DNA from: Minisyncoccota bacterium
GTDB taxonomy: Bacteria; Patescibacteriota; Minisyncoccia; Phycocordibacterales; UBA918
Direction: 5' to 3'
DNA length: 64,000 bases
Assembly (NCBI GenBank): GCA_040879435.1
Contig: JBBDKG010000010.1
Coordinates: 2,019 to 66,018 of the forward strand
Shown here: piece after piece, positions 1 through 11,161 of the stretch
Layout: every line of letters starts with the position of its first letter
Numbering within the stretch: position 1 is the first letter of the stretch
The notes under the pieces: generated by a model
What the model saw: the letters and a program-made list of their open reading frames with translations, nothing else
Databases searched by the model: none
What the model was told of the DNA's origin: nothing
Made by a program: the position numbers and the translations under genes

Positions 1-2
1 AC

Positions 3-3000
3 CAAAACGGTTCTGTAGCAGGCGCGCTTAAGGCTGGTGACACCGAGAACAACAAAGGACAGTACTCTGCATTTAACAAAGAAAACCTTCGGAACACGAA
101 CGAAAGCTATGCCCAAAACCCTGGTGCATACAATGAGATGGCTCGAAAGTTTCTTGATGGCGAAATAGCAAAGGAACGAGGGACCGCTGTTGCAGTTCCG
201 CTTCCGCGCGCAACACACTACTATAATCCAGGAGAAGCCACCCCGAACTGGGGACCAAAACTGCAGGAGGTGCGGGAATTTGGTCCTGCTGGCCAAAGTC
301 ACCGTGGAGGTACACTTGCCGGTGAATACGAGACCCGTGGACAGCCGGAAGGACTTGAGAAGCTTGCCCTTGACCGATTCAATAGCGTTATGGGAGCTGA
401 GAGTCGTGGAATGGATCCAGTGCGAGCGGATGAGGAGGGTCAGATGGAGGTTGCGAAACGACTTGCCTTTGGAAACAATGGTGAATTTGCAGGGACTCCG
501 GGTGGTTCAGGTTCTCCGGAACCTTCGCAGCCAGTTACCCAAGTAGACGCAGAGGAGTTTTCAGAAACATTCGATGGTCGTGAATCCCAGCCACAAGAGC
601 TCGGCGGCATACCAACTGACCGCTCACTACCTGAAACACCACCAAACGCCTTCACTTTCCCAGACAATGTTTTTGACTTCGATGAGATACCCGGGTACAT
701 CGGCACTGAAGGCCCACGTGCCCCTGCGGGCTCGTTCCGCCTCGGAGCTACCGGACTCGCAGAAGCAGAGCAGCGAGCAAACCTTACTGAGTCATTCAAA
801 CACGGCGGAAGAATCCGTGACGAAGACCCCGACACCACTGTGAACGGCCTTACTCTCGGACAAGTGGCACAGATAGAGGTAGCGAACTACAATGAGAAGC
901 ACGGTACCCGCCACAACGTCGACGTATACTCTGGAAAAGGACCACATGGATCCGCCCGACATCGTGACCATGATGATACAGCGCGCGGCACCCCTGGGTG
1001 TGGCTGTGCGATCGACTTTTCGATCACTGACGAGAACGGGCGTGCACTGCCTGTTTCTGGCAACGAGGACGTCTATGCGGAAGTCGCACGTGGGCTAGTC
1101 GAGAAGACTGGTGGATCGATCGGACTTGGAGCTGAGTATATGGATCACGGCATTCATTTTGATATGGCAAATATTGCCCATCCGAATAAGGGCGCGTTCG
1201 CCGGGAAAGAATGGGGGAGCCTCGGTAAAGCCTTGGCTAAGGAGTTTGCTGAATTACGTGCAGGCGCGCCAAAAGCGACTGTGGAGTATGACGAAGAGAC
1301 TGGGCGCACCACTATCACACTTCCAACTGAGGACGTGCCGTTCGATCAAGAATCAACACCAGGTATCGCGAGCGGGATCTTTGGTATCGACCCGAATGAA
1401 TCGCGGTTCGTCGATCCGAATGAACTAGACGAATACGTCGAAGAGCAACAGCGTACTGCCGAACCTGCGGAAGGCGAACCGGAAAGCGATACTGAACCAG
1501 GCGACAGCATCAGAGAACGAGCCACAGAACAGGTGCGTGACTTTATCCGGTTTATCTCCGACCTGCTCGGCGGTCGTGGTGATAGATCCCCTTCTCCAAC
1601 CGATGGCGAGAACGCAACCACCACTGATCCGGTAAGTTACGATACTGGTGACCATTGGTTGAGTGCACTGACCCTTACCCCGACCGCACATGCACAAGTC
1701 AGCACACCACCGGAAGAGTCACAGTCGCTTAAAGAGAGCATTGCGGCGTTGTGGCACTGGATCTTTGGATCAGAAGAAGCACCGCGTCGCACCTTCTCCG
1801 ATCTGCCGGGAGCACACCTCCACGCATACTCCCGTCCGTATGTTCCTGTACTGGTACAGATCGATGAAGTGGCCGGTGCAGTGAAGTTCTCCCGCGGTGA
1901 AATAAAGAACGCAACAGATGTTCGTGAACTGCCGGAAGCCCTTGAGATCGCCTTTGAGTCCGGAGACGATTCCTTCTCATTGATACTGAACGAATTCGGG
2001 GATGTTGTGTACTCGAACGGCATGTTCGCGCCAGAGACCGACACTGAAGGAAATCCACTACCAACGGACATGGACTATGTGTACTTTGTAGAATACTGGC
2101 GGGACGGTGAGTTGGTACGTTCGGAGACAAACACCAAAACACTTCCAGGCAACTTCTTCACGCGCATGATCGGTGATCTCTTTAGCAAGGATGACCCATT
2201 CACACTGACTGACGTCGACTCGGTCACCTTCGTGCATGGAGATCCTGACCCAGACGCTCTTACCGATGACTATCGTGAGTATACGATTCGGCTCATGGAC
2301 GGATCTGTTCGCCACGTTTCACTACCGGTCAACTCTTCCCTCTCCTTCTACCTGAAAGAGCTGGACGATATTGGGTACAACGGGGACATTGTGGCTCTAC
2401 TCAATATCGCGACCGAAACTGAAAGAAAAGAAGGGGTTGATGCAAAAGGTTTCCTTGCACGCTCTCTCAGTAAGCTGAACGGCGACTCCGTACAGTCTGA
2501 TGCTCTTCCAGATCAACAGCAAGAGATCTTTAGTGATCTCACCGAAGCACTTAGCAACAACCAAGGTGGATTCATTCCGTCGGGTGTCACAGAGGTGGTG
2601 GTGTACTTCAATGTACCGGTACTATGTGAAGATGAAACAACCACAGGATATGTGTACGAGGTAACACTGTCCGGTTACCAACCAAATGGAGCACTGACCG
2701 AGATTCCGGCAGCTGCTGCACGTTGTGGCAACGGTGGCCCACGTACATACGCCACCGAGATCGCAGCGCACATCACCTCAGCGACAGGACTTGCAGTATC
2801 GGACGAGCAGATATTGGAGTTAATTGAATTCCAATACAACACACCGGAATATGTCTACCTCAACGATGAAGGAGATGCCAGCGCATCGGCACCGGTGATT
2901 CCGAACACCACGAACGAGGTTGTATTTGAGGCGAAGGCCAGCCGGAACGGCGCCACTGTTGTGAACTGGAGCACTGGTGCGATAACGCTAGCAGTGGGCG

Positions 3001-3233
3001 ACCAACTCCATCTCAGGTGGAACGCGGAGAACTACCAGCGCTGCCTGCCGTTCATTGCGGACAATGGTGCATACAGCCTTTCACGGAATGACCTGCGTCT
3101 TGTTTCTGGTAACACAGAAGCTGAAGGGTACGACCTCACTGAGCGTACCGGTACGTACCGTGTGGAGTGTGATGGGCAGTTAAATGGTGAGAATGGAGTG
3201 GATGAACGGAGGATCGAGGTGCGGATTCAGTAG
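3..3233 (+). CDS. 5'-truncated very large, probably extracellular protein with a SleB/Hydrolase_2-like segment and a peptidase M15-like segment
   Basis: The frame is open from position 3 (QNGSVAGALK...GQYSAFN...). QYS...ATHYYNP...PNW...H resembles the C-terminal half of Hydrolase_2. SARH...AIDF...IHFD resembles the M15 Zn motif. Confidence 0.6.
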   Translation, partial: QNGSVAGALKAGDTENNKGQYSAFNKENLRNTNESYAQNPGAYNEMARKFLDGEIAKERGTAVAVPLPRATHYYNPGEATPNWGPKLQEVREFGPAGQSHRGGTLAGEYETRGQPEGLEKLALDRFNSVMGAESRGMDPVRADEEGQMEVAKRLAFGNNGEFAGTPGGSGSPEPSQPVTQVDAEEFSETFDGRESQPQELGGIPTDRSLPETPPNAFTFPDNVFDFDEIPGYIGTEGPRAPAGSFRLGATGLAEAEQRANLTESFKHGGRIRDEDPDTTVNGLTLGQVAQIEVANYNEKHGTRHNVDVYSGKGPHGSARHRDHDDTARGTPGCGCAIDFSITDENGRALPVSGNEDVYAEVARGLVEKTGGSIGLGAEYMDHGIHFDMANIAHPNKGAFAGKEWGSLGKALAKEFAELRAGAPKATVEYDEETGRTTITLPTEDVPFDQESTPGIASGIFGIDPNESRFVDPNELDEYVEEQQRTAEPAEGEPESDTEPGDSIRERATEQVRDFIRFISDLLGGRGDRSPSPTDGENATTTDPVSYDTGDHWLSALTLTPTAHAQVSTPPEESQSLKESIAALWHWIFGSEEAPRRTFSDLPGAHLHAYSRPYVPVLVQIDEVAGAVKFSRGEIKNATDVRELPEALEIAFESGDDSFSLILNEFGDVVYSNGMFAPETDTEGNPLPTDMDYVYFVEYWRDGELVRSETNTKTLPGNFFTRMIGDLFSKDDPFTLTDVDSVTFVHGDPDPDALTDDYREYTIRLMDGSVRHVSLPVNSSLSFYLKELDDIGYNGDIVALLNIATETERKEGVDAKGFLARSLSKLNGDSVQSDALPDQQQEIFSDLTEALSNNQGGFIPSGVTEVVVYFNVPVLCEDETTTGYVYEVTLSGYQPNGALTEIPAAAARCGNGGPRTYATEIAAHITSATGLAVSDEQILELIEFQYNTPEYVYLNDEGDASASAPVIPNTTNEVVFEAKASRNGATVVNWSTGAITLAVGDQLHLRWNAENYQRCLPFIADNGAYSLSRNDLRLVSGNTEAEGYDLTERTGTYRVECDGQLNGENGVDERRIEVRIQ

Positions 3234-3240
3234 TGATCTA

Positions 3241-3273
3241 ATAAAAAGACACCCACACCGGGTGTCTTTTTAT
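3241..3273. terminator. Bidirectional intrinsic terminator
   Basis: Inverted repeat ataaaaagacaccc / gggtgtctttttat between convergent genes. Confidence 0.85.
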
Positions 3274-3286
3274 GTGTTTCCTTCCG

Positions 3287-5986
3287 CTAGGCTTTCACGG
3301 TTTGGCGGCGCGGCGTGCTTGATGTCTTGGCAGCTTTGGTTCGTGACCGCTTCTTCTTCACGTCGAAGGTCAGCTGGTCATCCTTAAGGCCGACCACGAC
3401 CGTTCCTCCCTGAAGCATCCCCTCTCCTACCATCATATTCGCAACCGGTGTGAGGATCTTCGACTGGATCACCCGCTTCAATGGCCGGGCACCAAACTTC
3501 GGATCGTACCCTTCCTTGGCAAGAAAATCGAGTGCTTCAGGAGCAACAGTAAGAGCGATCTCTTTGTTTGCAAGCCGCTTGGTCACCTCAGCAACCTGCA
3601 TTGAAACGATCTGACGGATAGTCTCACGCGAAAGGATGTCAAAGACGATGACCTCATCGAGCCGGTTGAGGAATTCTGGACGGAAGTACGTCTTGAGACT
3701 CTCCATCACCTTACCCTTTGCCTGGTCATACTGTGCCTGATCATCGCGTACCGCACTGAACCCGAAATTCGACATACGATCGATATGTTCGGCGCCGATA
3801 TTCGAGGTCATCACAATGATCGTGTTCTTGAAGTTCACTTTGCGACCCTTCGCATCGGTCAGATGGCCAGAGTCAAGTACCTGGAGGAGGATGTTGAATA
3901 CCTCCGGATGTGCCTTCTCGATCTCGTCGAGGAGGATCACCGCATACGGACGGTGACGCACGCGTTCGGTGATCGAACCTCCCTCTTCGTGTCCAACATA
4001 GCCTGGCGGCGAACCGATGATCTTTGAGACCGAATGCTTCTCCATGTATTCGGACATATCGATCCGCAACAGCGCATCGGGGTCATCGAACATGAATTCG
4101 GCCAATGCGCGCGAAAGCTCTGTCTTGCCGACACCGGTCGGACCAAGAAAAAGGAACGAGCCAATTGGTCGGTTCGGGTCAGCAATACCTGCGCGTGAAC
4201 GCTTCACCGCGTCTGCCACCAGTTTCACTGCATGATTCTGCCCCACAACCTTCGTTTGCAACTCCTCTTCCATGCGCGAGAGTTTCATTGCCTCAGCCTC
4301 GAGCATACGGGAGACCGGAATGCCGGTCCACCGGGACACCACCGCAGCGATCTCCTCCTCGGTGATCTCCTCTTTCAAGAGCCGACGACTTCGTTGAAGT
4401 TTCTTCAGGCGTGTCATCTTCGTATCAAGTTCACGCTGCGTTGCAGGAATAGCATCGTAGCGGATCTCCGCGGCGCGTGTGAGGTCAGCAATAGCCTCTG
4501 CCGACTCTGCCTCAAGACGCAGCTTCTCAAGCTCCTTCTTCAAGCGGCCGATCTCGGTCAGCGCTTCTTTCTCATTGTTCCACTTGGTTTCAAGTGCCGA
4601 GGTCTTCTCTTTCAGTTCGCCGACCTCTGCATCGATCTCCTTGAGGCGTGTCTTTAGTTTTCGTTTGTCCTTTGCTGTTTCCTCCTCCTTCTTCAATGCC
4701 TCCTTCTCGATCTCGAGACGACGCACCTGTCGGTCGGCAGCAACCAACTCTTCCGGCTTGTTCTCAAGAGAGATGCGGAGCGCTGATGCAGCTTCATCGA
4801 TCAGATCGACCGCTTTGTCCGGCAGGAACCGCTCAGTGATGTATCGACTCGAAAGATTTACCGCCGCAACGATAGCGTCATCAGTGATGCGCACGCCATG
4901 AAAGAGCTCATACTTCTCAGCGATGCCGCGCAGGATGGCAATTGCATCCTCCTGTGATGGTTCATTCACAAAGACCGGTTGGAAGCGGCGGGTGAGGGCA
5001 GGATCACGTTCGATATGTTTTTGGTATTCCTTGAGCGTTGTGGCGCCAATGACGCGCATCTCGCCGCGCGCGAGAGCTGGTTTTAGCATATTCGATGCGT
5101 CCATGGAGCCTTCTGCTGCGCCAGCCCCCACAATAGTGTGCAGCTCATCGATGAAGAGGATCACTCCCCCTTCTGACTGCTCCACTTCTTTCATGACTGC
5201 CTTCAGGCGCTCTTCGAATTCACCACGGAATTTTGTACCCGCGACCAAGAGTCCCAGGTCGAGTGAAAGGATTTCCTTCTCTTTTATTGATTCCGGTACC
5301 TGCCCCTGTGCAATCTGCTGAGCGAGTCCTTCGGCGATCGCGGTCTTTCCCACTCCCGCCTCACCGATCAGTACCGGGTTGTTCTTTGTGCGTCGTGAGA
5401 GGATCTGAATGACTCGCTGCACCTCCATGTCCCGGCCGATGACCGGATCGAGCTTCTTGTCCTGTGCAAGCTTAGTGAGATTGCGGGTGTATTTGGTGAG
5501 TGCACGATATTTCTTCGGCTGCTGTGCATCAGACACGCTGTGTTCGCGTATCTCATGGATCGCGTTCGCGACCTGTGCCTTATCTATCTGCATGCGCTGC
5601 AGCACTTCGACTCCAGGACCAGGGTGTTCGAGCGCCGCCAAGAAGAGGTGCTCCACACCAACGTATGAATCGCCGAGCTGTTCTGCGACACGAGCCGAGT
5701 GCTCGAGTGCCTTTGCGAGTTCTGGTGTGAGGTAGAGTTGATACGACTGGGAGATGGTAGAGGTTACCTCCGGTCCTTCAAGTGCTTCGATCAAAAGGTC
5801 AGTGAACGCGATGATGTCGATATCGAGTCTATCGAGCATTGAGATCACTGTGCTCTCATCCTGCATTACAAGCGCGCACAGCAAATGCACCGGGCTGACG
5901 TGATTCTGCCCGCGTTCAATGGCAAGCTCATGAGCCTTTCGGATGGCCTCCTTCGCTCGAGATGTGAAATTGTGAAAATCCGGCAT
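3287..5986 (-). CDS. clpB: ATP-dependent chaperone ClpB
   Basis: Clp N-domain, two Walker A motifs ([16 protein letters not shown]), long coiled-coil middle domain, GSPPGYVG pore loop. Confidence 0.93.
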   Translation of the reverse strand: MPDFHNFTSRAKEAIRKAHELAIERGQNHVSPVHLLCALVMQDESTVISMLDRLDIDIIAFTDLLIEALEGPEVTSTISQSYQLYLTPELAKALEHSARVAEQLGDSYVGVEHLFLAALEHPGPGVEVLQRMQIDKAQVANAIHEIREHSVSDAQQPKKYRALTKYTRNLTKLAQDKKLDPVIGRDMEVQRVIQILSRRTKNNPVLIGEAGVGKTAIAEGLAQQIAQGQVPESIKEKEILSLDLGLLVAGTKFRGEFEERLKAVMKEVEQSEGGVILFIDELHTIVGAGAAEGSMDASNMLKPALARGEMRVIGATTLKEYQKHIERDPALTRRFQPVFVNEPSQEDAIAILRGIAEKYELFHGVRITDDAIVAAVNLSSRYITERFLPDKAVDLIDEAASALRISLENKPEELVAADRQVRRLEIEKEALKKEEETAKDKRKLKTRLKEIDAEVGELKEKTSALETKWNNEKEALTEIGRLKKELEKLRLEAESAEAIADLTRAAEIRYDAIPATQRELDTKMTRLKKLQRSRRLLKEEITEEEIAAVVSRWTGIPVSRMLEAEAMKLSRMEEELQTKVVGQNHAVKLVADAVKRSRAGIADPNRPIGSFLFLGPTGVGKTELSRALAEFMFDDPDALLRIDMSEYMEKHSVSKIIGSPPGYVGHEEGGSITERVRHRPYAVILLDEIEKAHPEVFNILLQVLDSGHLTDAKGRKVNFKNTIIVMTSNIGAEHIDRMSNFGFSAVRDDQAQYDQAKGKVMESLKTYFRPEFLNRLDEVIVFDILSRETIRQIVSMQVAEVTKRLANKEIALTVAPEALDFLAKEGYDPKFGARPLKRVIQSKILTPVANMMVGEGMLQGGTVVVGLKDDQLTFDVKKKRSRTKAAKTSSTPRRQTVKA

Positions 5987-6131
5987 AATTCAAAGATAAA
6001 TCCAACGAATAAAACGTGTGTTGTCTGTCGGTCATTCACCCGTTACTGTCGCAACTGAAGCTCTCACTCTACACGGTTTCGTACCTCTATACTGCAACCT
6101 GAACTCTAAAGTGTCAATGAATATACGCAAA

Positions 6132-6158
6132 AAGGCCCAGACATGGTGTCTGGGCCTT
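6132..6158 (-). terminator. Intrinsic terminator after the 176-aa ORF
   Basis: aaggcccagaca / tgtctgggcctt hairpin followed by a T-run on the minus strand. Confidence 0.7.
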
Positions 6159-6166
6159 CGTATTCG

Positions 6167-6697
6167 CTACTGCCTCACGCCTACGTTCGTGAGCGGCACG
6201 AACGGCACGCTCATCTCGTAGTACTCGAAACTCGTCAGGCCGACCTTCTCATACTGGATATTCCCCTGTTGGGTGAATATCCAGTCGCCCGTGGGCGACA
6301 GGACGACGAGGTGAATGATGATCTCACCCCACTCCACATCCTCGCCGATTACGGTGACGATGCAGTCCTCGGGAATGTTGTATTCCCGAAGCTCCTGATA
6401 TCGGGCGCCGATAGTTTGGTGTGCCACTCGGCCAACTGCCGAGCGGTAATGCTCGACAAGCTGTCCGGCAGAACCGCACACTTCGAGGCGGTGGGCCATG
6501 AACTCCTTCTCGATATCGTACGGAAAGTCTCCGTACGAAACAAGATCAAGTGGTGTCAGGAACGGGGTGGACACACGCTGTTCGAACAGCGCGCGGCTGA
6601 GTTCAACACTTCCGCGATCGGTGACGATCGTTCCGGCCGAAGCCGACGTGACAAGGAACGTTACGACCGCGAGCGCGGTCAGAATTGAGCGGAACAT
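6167..6697 (-). CDS. Secreted hypothetical protein
   Basis: Signal peptide (..VTSASA), AGGAG Shine-Dalgarno, own promoter and terminator. Confidence 0.75.
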   Translation of the reverse strand: MFRSILTALAVVTFLVTSASAGTIVTDRGSVELSRALFEQRVSTPFLTPLDLVSYGDFPYDIEKEFMAHRLEVCGSAGQLVEHYRSAVGRVAHQTIGARYQELREYNIPEDCIVTVIGEDVEWGEIIIHLVVLSPTGDWIFTQQGNIQYEKVGLTSFEYYEMSVPFVPLTNVGVRQ

Positions 6698-6735
6698 GAC
6701 ATTCTCCTCTGTCCGCGTGTCTGTTTACTCTTTTT

Positions 6736-6764
6736 ATTCTATCACAAAATACCGCCGCTGTCAA
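6736..6764 (-). promoter_or_regulatory. Sigma70-type promoter
   Basis: TTGACA-17 nt-TAGAAT with extended TG on the minus strand. Confidence 0.7.
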
Positions 6765-6783
6765 AGTAGCAGTGGTTCTTTTG

Positions 6784-7995
6784 CTATTTTATGCCTCTAT
6801 ATATGAGCATTTTGTGAATATGTGCAGCAAGTATTTCTCGCACACGATCCATATCCTTCCTCGTTGTCTCTTCCCCGAGGGTGAGGCGTAACGTTGCTGA
6901 GGCACGCGCACTATCCTTCGTCATTTCAAATACAACAGTGGACATACCCCCACCTGCCCCACTACATGCGCTTTTGGTCGATGCTGCAATGCCGTTCGCG
7001 TCAAGTACCACGGTTGCATACTCCGTATCAAGTCCGGGAATCGAGATGTTGATGTTGTTTGGAAGGCGTTGCTCTACTGATCCGTTCAGCACTACTCCCT
7101 CGATGCCCGTGAGTACTTCAATGCCATAATCGCGTACTGTACGTACCTGTTGGCTTCGTGCTTCACTCCCGTTCTGCGCAATCGCCAGTGCGGCGGCCGC
7201 ACCAACGACACCCGGCACATTTTCGGTACCTGGGCGTAGTCCCTGCTCTTGTGATCCGCCGAATGTGACAGGTGCGAGCGTTGTGTGGCCGCGGTGTACC
7301 AATACACCCACACCCTTCGGTCCACAGAATTTGCCGGCGTCGAGCGTCATCATATCCACTCGCAGACGTTCAAGTCCGCACGGGAGCCACAATGGTACCT
7401 GACTCGCATCAGTGTGAACGAGAACCTCTGTTCCGTGCTCACGTGCATATTCCTGAATGATACGCGTAAGTTTCGCAAGGTCCTGCACCACACCGGTCTC
7501 GCTGTTCGCGTATGCAAATGTGGCGAGGCGGGTTGTTGGTGTGAGGTGTGCCTTCAGTGTCTGTGGATTGATGCGTCCGTCCTCTTCGAGCGGAACGTAC
7601 GTAACAGTGCACCCGCGTGATTCAAGTTCAGCAAGCGTTTGCAGCACAGACGGGTGTTCCGCTTTATTTGAAATGATCCCGATATCACTGTACTTCATCC
7701 CCCCGCGGTGACATGAGCGAACGAACCCATGAAGCGCAAGGTTATTGCTCTCAGTCCCTCCACTTGTGAAGGTTGTATCACTCGGCCGAACACCGAGCGT
7801 TCGTGCAACAGAAGTGCGAGCCCCCTCAACAGCCGTTCGCGCGCGAACGCCTTCCTTATGGATCGAACTGGGGTTTGCGAACGATTCATTGAAGTACGGT
7901 CGCATCGCCCTGTACACCTCAGGCCGCACCGGCGTCGCCGCAGCGTGGTCAAGATAGATTCGTTTCGGTTTTAGAAGCCAATGCAGTATATTCAT
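6784..7995 (-). CDS. iscS: Cysteine desulfurase (IscS/NifS family)
   Basis: YLDHAAATP, FTSGGTESNN, HTDASQ, K-FCGPKG PLP site, SACS catalytic Cys. Confidence 0.92.
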   Translation of the reverse strand: MNILHWLLKPKRIYLDHAAATPVRPEVYRAMRPYFNESFANPSSIHKEGVRARTAVEGARTSVARTLGVRPSDTTFTSGGTESNNLALHGFVRSCHRGGMKYSDIGIISNKAEHPSVLQTLAELESRGCTVTYVPLEEDGRINPQTLKAHLTPTTRLATFAYANSETGVVQDLAKLTRIIQEYAREHGTEVLVHTDASQVPLWLPCGLERLRVDMMTLDAGKFCGPKGVGVLVHRGHTTLAPVTFGGSQEQGLRPGTENVPGVVGAAAALAIAQNGSEARSQQVRTVRDYGIEVLTGIEGVVLNGSVEQRLPNNINISIPGLDTEYATVVLDANGIAASTKSACSGAGGGMSTVVFEMTKDSARASATLRLTLGEETTRKDMDRVREILAAHIHKMLIYRGIK

Positions 7996-8090
7996 ACGTT
8001 GGTATAGAGTATCAGATACTACGTTTCACTCCGAGTCAATATGTGGTAGAGTTGCAAACGTTACGCGCACCCCGTGCGCTACTATTCTAA

Positions 8091-9596
8091 ATGGGTATGG
8101 CAAAGAAAGCAGCAACACAACAAAATATCGTAAAGCGGCCACCGATCATTGTGGTCATGGGACATATCGACCATGGGAAGTCGACCCTGCTCGACCACAT
8201 TCGCAAAACGAACGTGGTTGAGGGTGAGGCTGGTGGCATCACTCAGCACCTATCGGCATACGTGGTCGAACATACGACCAAGGACGGTGCGCACGAGAAA
8301 CTCACCTTCCTTGATACACCAGGACATGAGGCATTCCAGAAGATGCGCCTGCGCGGCGCCGGCGTTGCCGATGTTGCCATTCTTGTTGTGTCTGCTGAGG
8401 ACGGCGTGAAGCCACAGACACTCGAGGCGCTTGAGAGCATCAAGCAGGCCGGCATTCCATACGTGGTCGCTATCAACAAGATCGATAAACCGGGTGCGGA
8501 CATCCCGCGCACACAGGCAAGCCTCGTCGAGAACGAGATCTATATCGAAGGCATGGGCGGAGACATCTCATGGGCCGCCATTTCCGCAAAATCAGGAGAA
8601 GGGATCAGCGACCTTTTGGACGTTGTGGTGCTGACCGCAGACCTTGCTGAATTAAAGGGAGATACAGCTGCTCCTGCAGAAGGCACTGTCATCGAGTCAC
8701 GTGTTGACGCAAAGCGCGGTAACACTGCGACCCTCCTCATCAAGGATGGTACCCTCAAAAGCGGCAGCGTCGTTGTCTCCGGTACCACGTACGCCCCGGT
8801 ACGTATCATGGAGGACTTCACCGGCAAGCCGATACGTGAGGCTGGTCCTTCAACGCCGGTCGCGATCGTTGGTTTCTCGGATGTACCAAGCGTCGGAGCA
8901 CTTTTCTATACAGTTGCAAACAAGAAAGCTGCGGAACAGGCAGTCACCGAGGCCGCGACAGGTGAACAAAAGGAATCCTTTCAAAAGACCGACCTACCGG
9001 TCGTACCGGTCCTTATCAAGGCCGACGTACAGGGTACGATCGATGCGATACGTCACGAGCTTGCAAAGTTCACCTCGGACAGAATTGCTGTGCGCATCAT
9101 CGACACAGGCGTCGGTGCGGTAGGTGTCGCTGACGTACAAAGCGTAAGTGCGACCGAGAACGCCATCATCGTCGGTTTCAATGTGAAGGTTGAACGACCG
9201 GCACAGGACCTTGCAGAGCGGCTTGAGGTCGAAGTGAAGACATTCAATATTATCTACGAACTTGCAGAGTGGCTTGAAACAGCGCTCAAGGACCGCACGC
9301 CACAGCGCGAAGAGGAAGTGGTGACCGGGAAAGTGAAGGTACTGAAGGAGTTCAGTGTGCAGAAGCATGTGCACGTACTCGGCGGACGACTTGATGAGGG
9401 TACCATCGGTGTCGGGCAGCGTGTGCGTATCCTTCGTCGGGATGTGAAGATCGGGACCGGTGTGATAAAGAACCTGCAGCAGCAGAAATCAGACGTGCAG
9501 AAGATCACTGAGGGTGAGTTCGGTATGCAGGTCGAGACACGTGCCGAGGTCTCTGCAGGTGACTACTTAGAAGCCTACGACCTCGTTGTTACGTAA
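8091..9596 (+). CDS. infB: Translation initiation factor IF-2 (short form without N-terminal extension)
   Basis: [35 protein letters not shown]. Confidence 0.96.
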   Translation: MGMAKKAATQQNIVKRPPIIVVMGHIDHGKSTLLDHIRKTNVVEGEAGGITQHLSAYVVEHTTKDGAHEKLTFLDTPGHEAFQKMRLRGAGVADVAILVVSAEDGVKPQTLEALESIKQAGIPYVVAINKIDKPGADIPRTQASLVENEIYIEGMGGDISWAAISAKSGEGISDLLDVVVLTADLAELKGDTAAPAEGTVIESRVDAKRGNTATLLIKDGTLKSGSVVVSGTTYAPVRIMEDFTGKPIREAGPSTPVAIVGFSDVPSVGALFYTVANKKAAEQAVTEAATGEQKESFQKTDLPVVPVLIKADVQGTIDAIRHELAKFTSDRIAVRIIDTGVGAVGVADVQSVSATENAIIVGFNVKVERPAQDLAERLEVEVKTFNIIYELAEWLETALKDRTPQREEEVVTGKVKVLKEFSVQKHVHVLGGRLDEGTIGVGQRVRILRRDVKIGTGVIKNLQQQKSDVQKITEGEFGMQVETRAEVSAGDYLEAYDLVVT

Positions 9597-9600
9597 AGGT

Positions 9601-9921
9601 ATGGACCGACACGACCGCGTCACATCACTTATCCACGAACTGGCGGCGACATTCATCCGGAATGAAGCCAATCACGATCCGCTGATCACCATCACCCGTG
9701 TCACGACCGCGTCTGACTACAAGCGTGTGACAATATTTTTCACAACCATCCCTGACTCGAAAGAAGAGGACGCACTTATCTTTCTTAAACGATACGGTTC
9801 AGAATTGCGTCGGTACATAAAGCAGAAGAGCAACCTAAAGATCATTCCCCATCTTGATTTCGCGATCGACTACGGTGAGCGCCACCGACAGCATATTGAT
9901 GAGATCGCACGCGACCTCTAG
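9601..9921 (+). CDS. rbfA: Ribosome-binding factor A
   Basis: Directly after infB; ITITRV..DYKRVTIF and IIPHLDF motifs. Confidence 0.88.
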   Translation: MDRHDRVTSLIHELAATFIRNEANHDPLITITRVTTASDYKRVTIFFTTIPDSKEEDALIFLKRYGSELRRYIKQKSNLKIIPHLDFAIDYGERHRQHIDEIARDL

Positions 9922-9928
9922 TAATCGG

Positions 9929-10001
9929 AGTCCTGGGCGGGAGTCGAACCCGCGAATGTCGGTTTTGCAAACCGAAGCGTTAACCACTTCGCCACCAGGA
10001 C
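9929..10001 (-). tRNA. tRNA-Cys(GCA)
   Basis: Reverse complement gtcctgg...tcggt TT GCA AA accga...GGTTCGACTCC...ccaggac-t. Confidence 0.93.
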
Positions 10002-10073
10002 AATTGCATCAAATACTCTACCACTCATACACAGCAACACCAAACAGCCGTTTCGTGATATTATCAGCCGAAT

Positions 10074-10160
10074 GCCGAGGTGGTGGAGTTGGTAGACACG
10101 AGGGACTTAAACTCCCTTGCCACTTATACTGGCGCGCGGGTTCGAATCCCGCCCTCGGCA
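10074..10160 (+). tRNA. tRNA-Leu(TAA)
   Basis: gccgagg/cctcggc acceptor stem, aggga CT TAA AC tccct, long variable arm, GGTTCGAATCC. Confidence 0.93.
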
Positions 10161-10213
10161 CAAGCAGTCTTGTTTTCACATCCGCAATACGGTACACTCG
10201 TGTTTGCACATTT

Positions 10214-10286
10214 CCGCCCATAGCTCAGCTGGTAGAGCAGACGCCTCTTAAGCGTAAGGTCCTTGGTTCGAGCCCAAGTGGGCGGA
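10214..10286 (+). tRNA. tRNA-Lys(CTT)
   Basis: ccgccca/tgggcgg stem, TAGCTCAGCTGGTAGAGC D-arm, CT CTT AA loop, GGTTCGAGCCC. Confidence 0.93.
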
Positions 10287-10377
10287 CATTAATTCAAACT
10301 GCACATTGATCGATATGGTATCAGTGTCCACACTCCAAATGATTGGTAATCGCTATGTGTCTTAGAATGAAGACAAT

Positions 10378-11025
10378 ATGGCGAACAGGAAGAAGTACGT
10401 GGACACTAACTGGAGCGGTCCACTTGCCTACGTAATTGGACTTATTGCTGCTGACGGAAACCTGTCTCCTGACGGCAGACACATCTCCTTTACTTCCAAA
10501 GATAGTGCCCTAGCAAAAACCTTCAAAAGAATTTTGTGTTTGGATAACACGATCGGGATAAAGGCACGAGGAGGCAGTACACATAAAAAGTATCATGTTG
10601 TGCAGTTCGGCTCGGTAGATTTTTACACCTTTCTCCTTTCTATAGGACTTACACCAGCAAAATCAAAGACGATCGGCGAGCTTTTGATTCCTTCGCAGTA
10701 CTTTCCGGACTTTTTGCGTGGGTGTATTGACGGAGATGGAAGCATAAGTACTTTCTCACATCCTGAGAGCAAGTACTCTCAGCTTCGAGTGCGACTTGCT
10801 TCAGCAAGTCCAAAATTCCTCAAGTGGGTACACGTAGAAATCTCCCGTTGTATGAGGACGAATGGTGGATGGGTATACACGGACAGCAAGAAGTCAGTTG
10901 CAACTCTTACCTATGCTACAGCTGATTCTGTTAAAATACTCACAGCGATTTACCGATCTTCTACATGTGACTGTTTGCATAGAAAGAAGAAAACTGCTAC
11001 AAAGTATCTCGCTGCTTTGAAATGA
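10378..11025 (+). CDS. Free-standing double-motif LAGLIDADG homing endonuclease-like protein
   Basis: YVIGLIAADG and FLRGCIDGDG motifs; more AT-rich than its flanks. Confidence 0.85.
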   Translation: MANRKKYVDTNWSGPLAYVIGLIAADGNLSPDGRHISFTSKDSALAKTFKRILCLDNTIGIKARGGSTHKKYHVVQFGSVDFYTFLLSIGLTPAKSKTIGELLIPSQYFPDFLRGCIDGDGSISTFSHPESKYSQLRVRLASASPKFLKWVHVEISRCMRTNGGWVYTDSKKSVATLTYATADSVKILTAIYRSSTCDCLHRKKKTATKYLAALK

Positions 11026-11028
11026 AAT

Positions 11029-11111
11029 GCCGGGGTGGCGAAATTGGTCAGACGCGCTAGTCTTAGGAACTAGTGGGGCAACCCGTGGAGGTTCGAGTCC
11101 TCTCCCCGGCA
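11029..11111 (+). tRNA. tRNA-Leu(TAG)
   Basis: gccgggg/ccccggc stem, ctagt CT TAG GA actag, variable arm, GGTTCGAGTCC. Confidence 0.93.
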
Positions 11112-11116
11112 CATAC

Positions 11117-11153
11117 AACAAAACACACCGGAATATTTCCGGTGTGTTTTGTT
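11117..11153. terminator. Bidirectional intrinsic terminator
   Basis: aacaaaacacaccggaa / ttccggtgtgttttgtt perfect inverted repeat. Confidence 0.85.
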
Positions 11154-11161
11154 ATACGGTT

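Noticed and set aside
10287-10377. Group I intron hosting the LAGLIDADG ORF
   Set aside because: Both flanking tRNAs are intact and the non-coding flanks (91 nt and 3 nt) are too short for a ribozyme core
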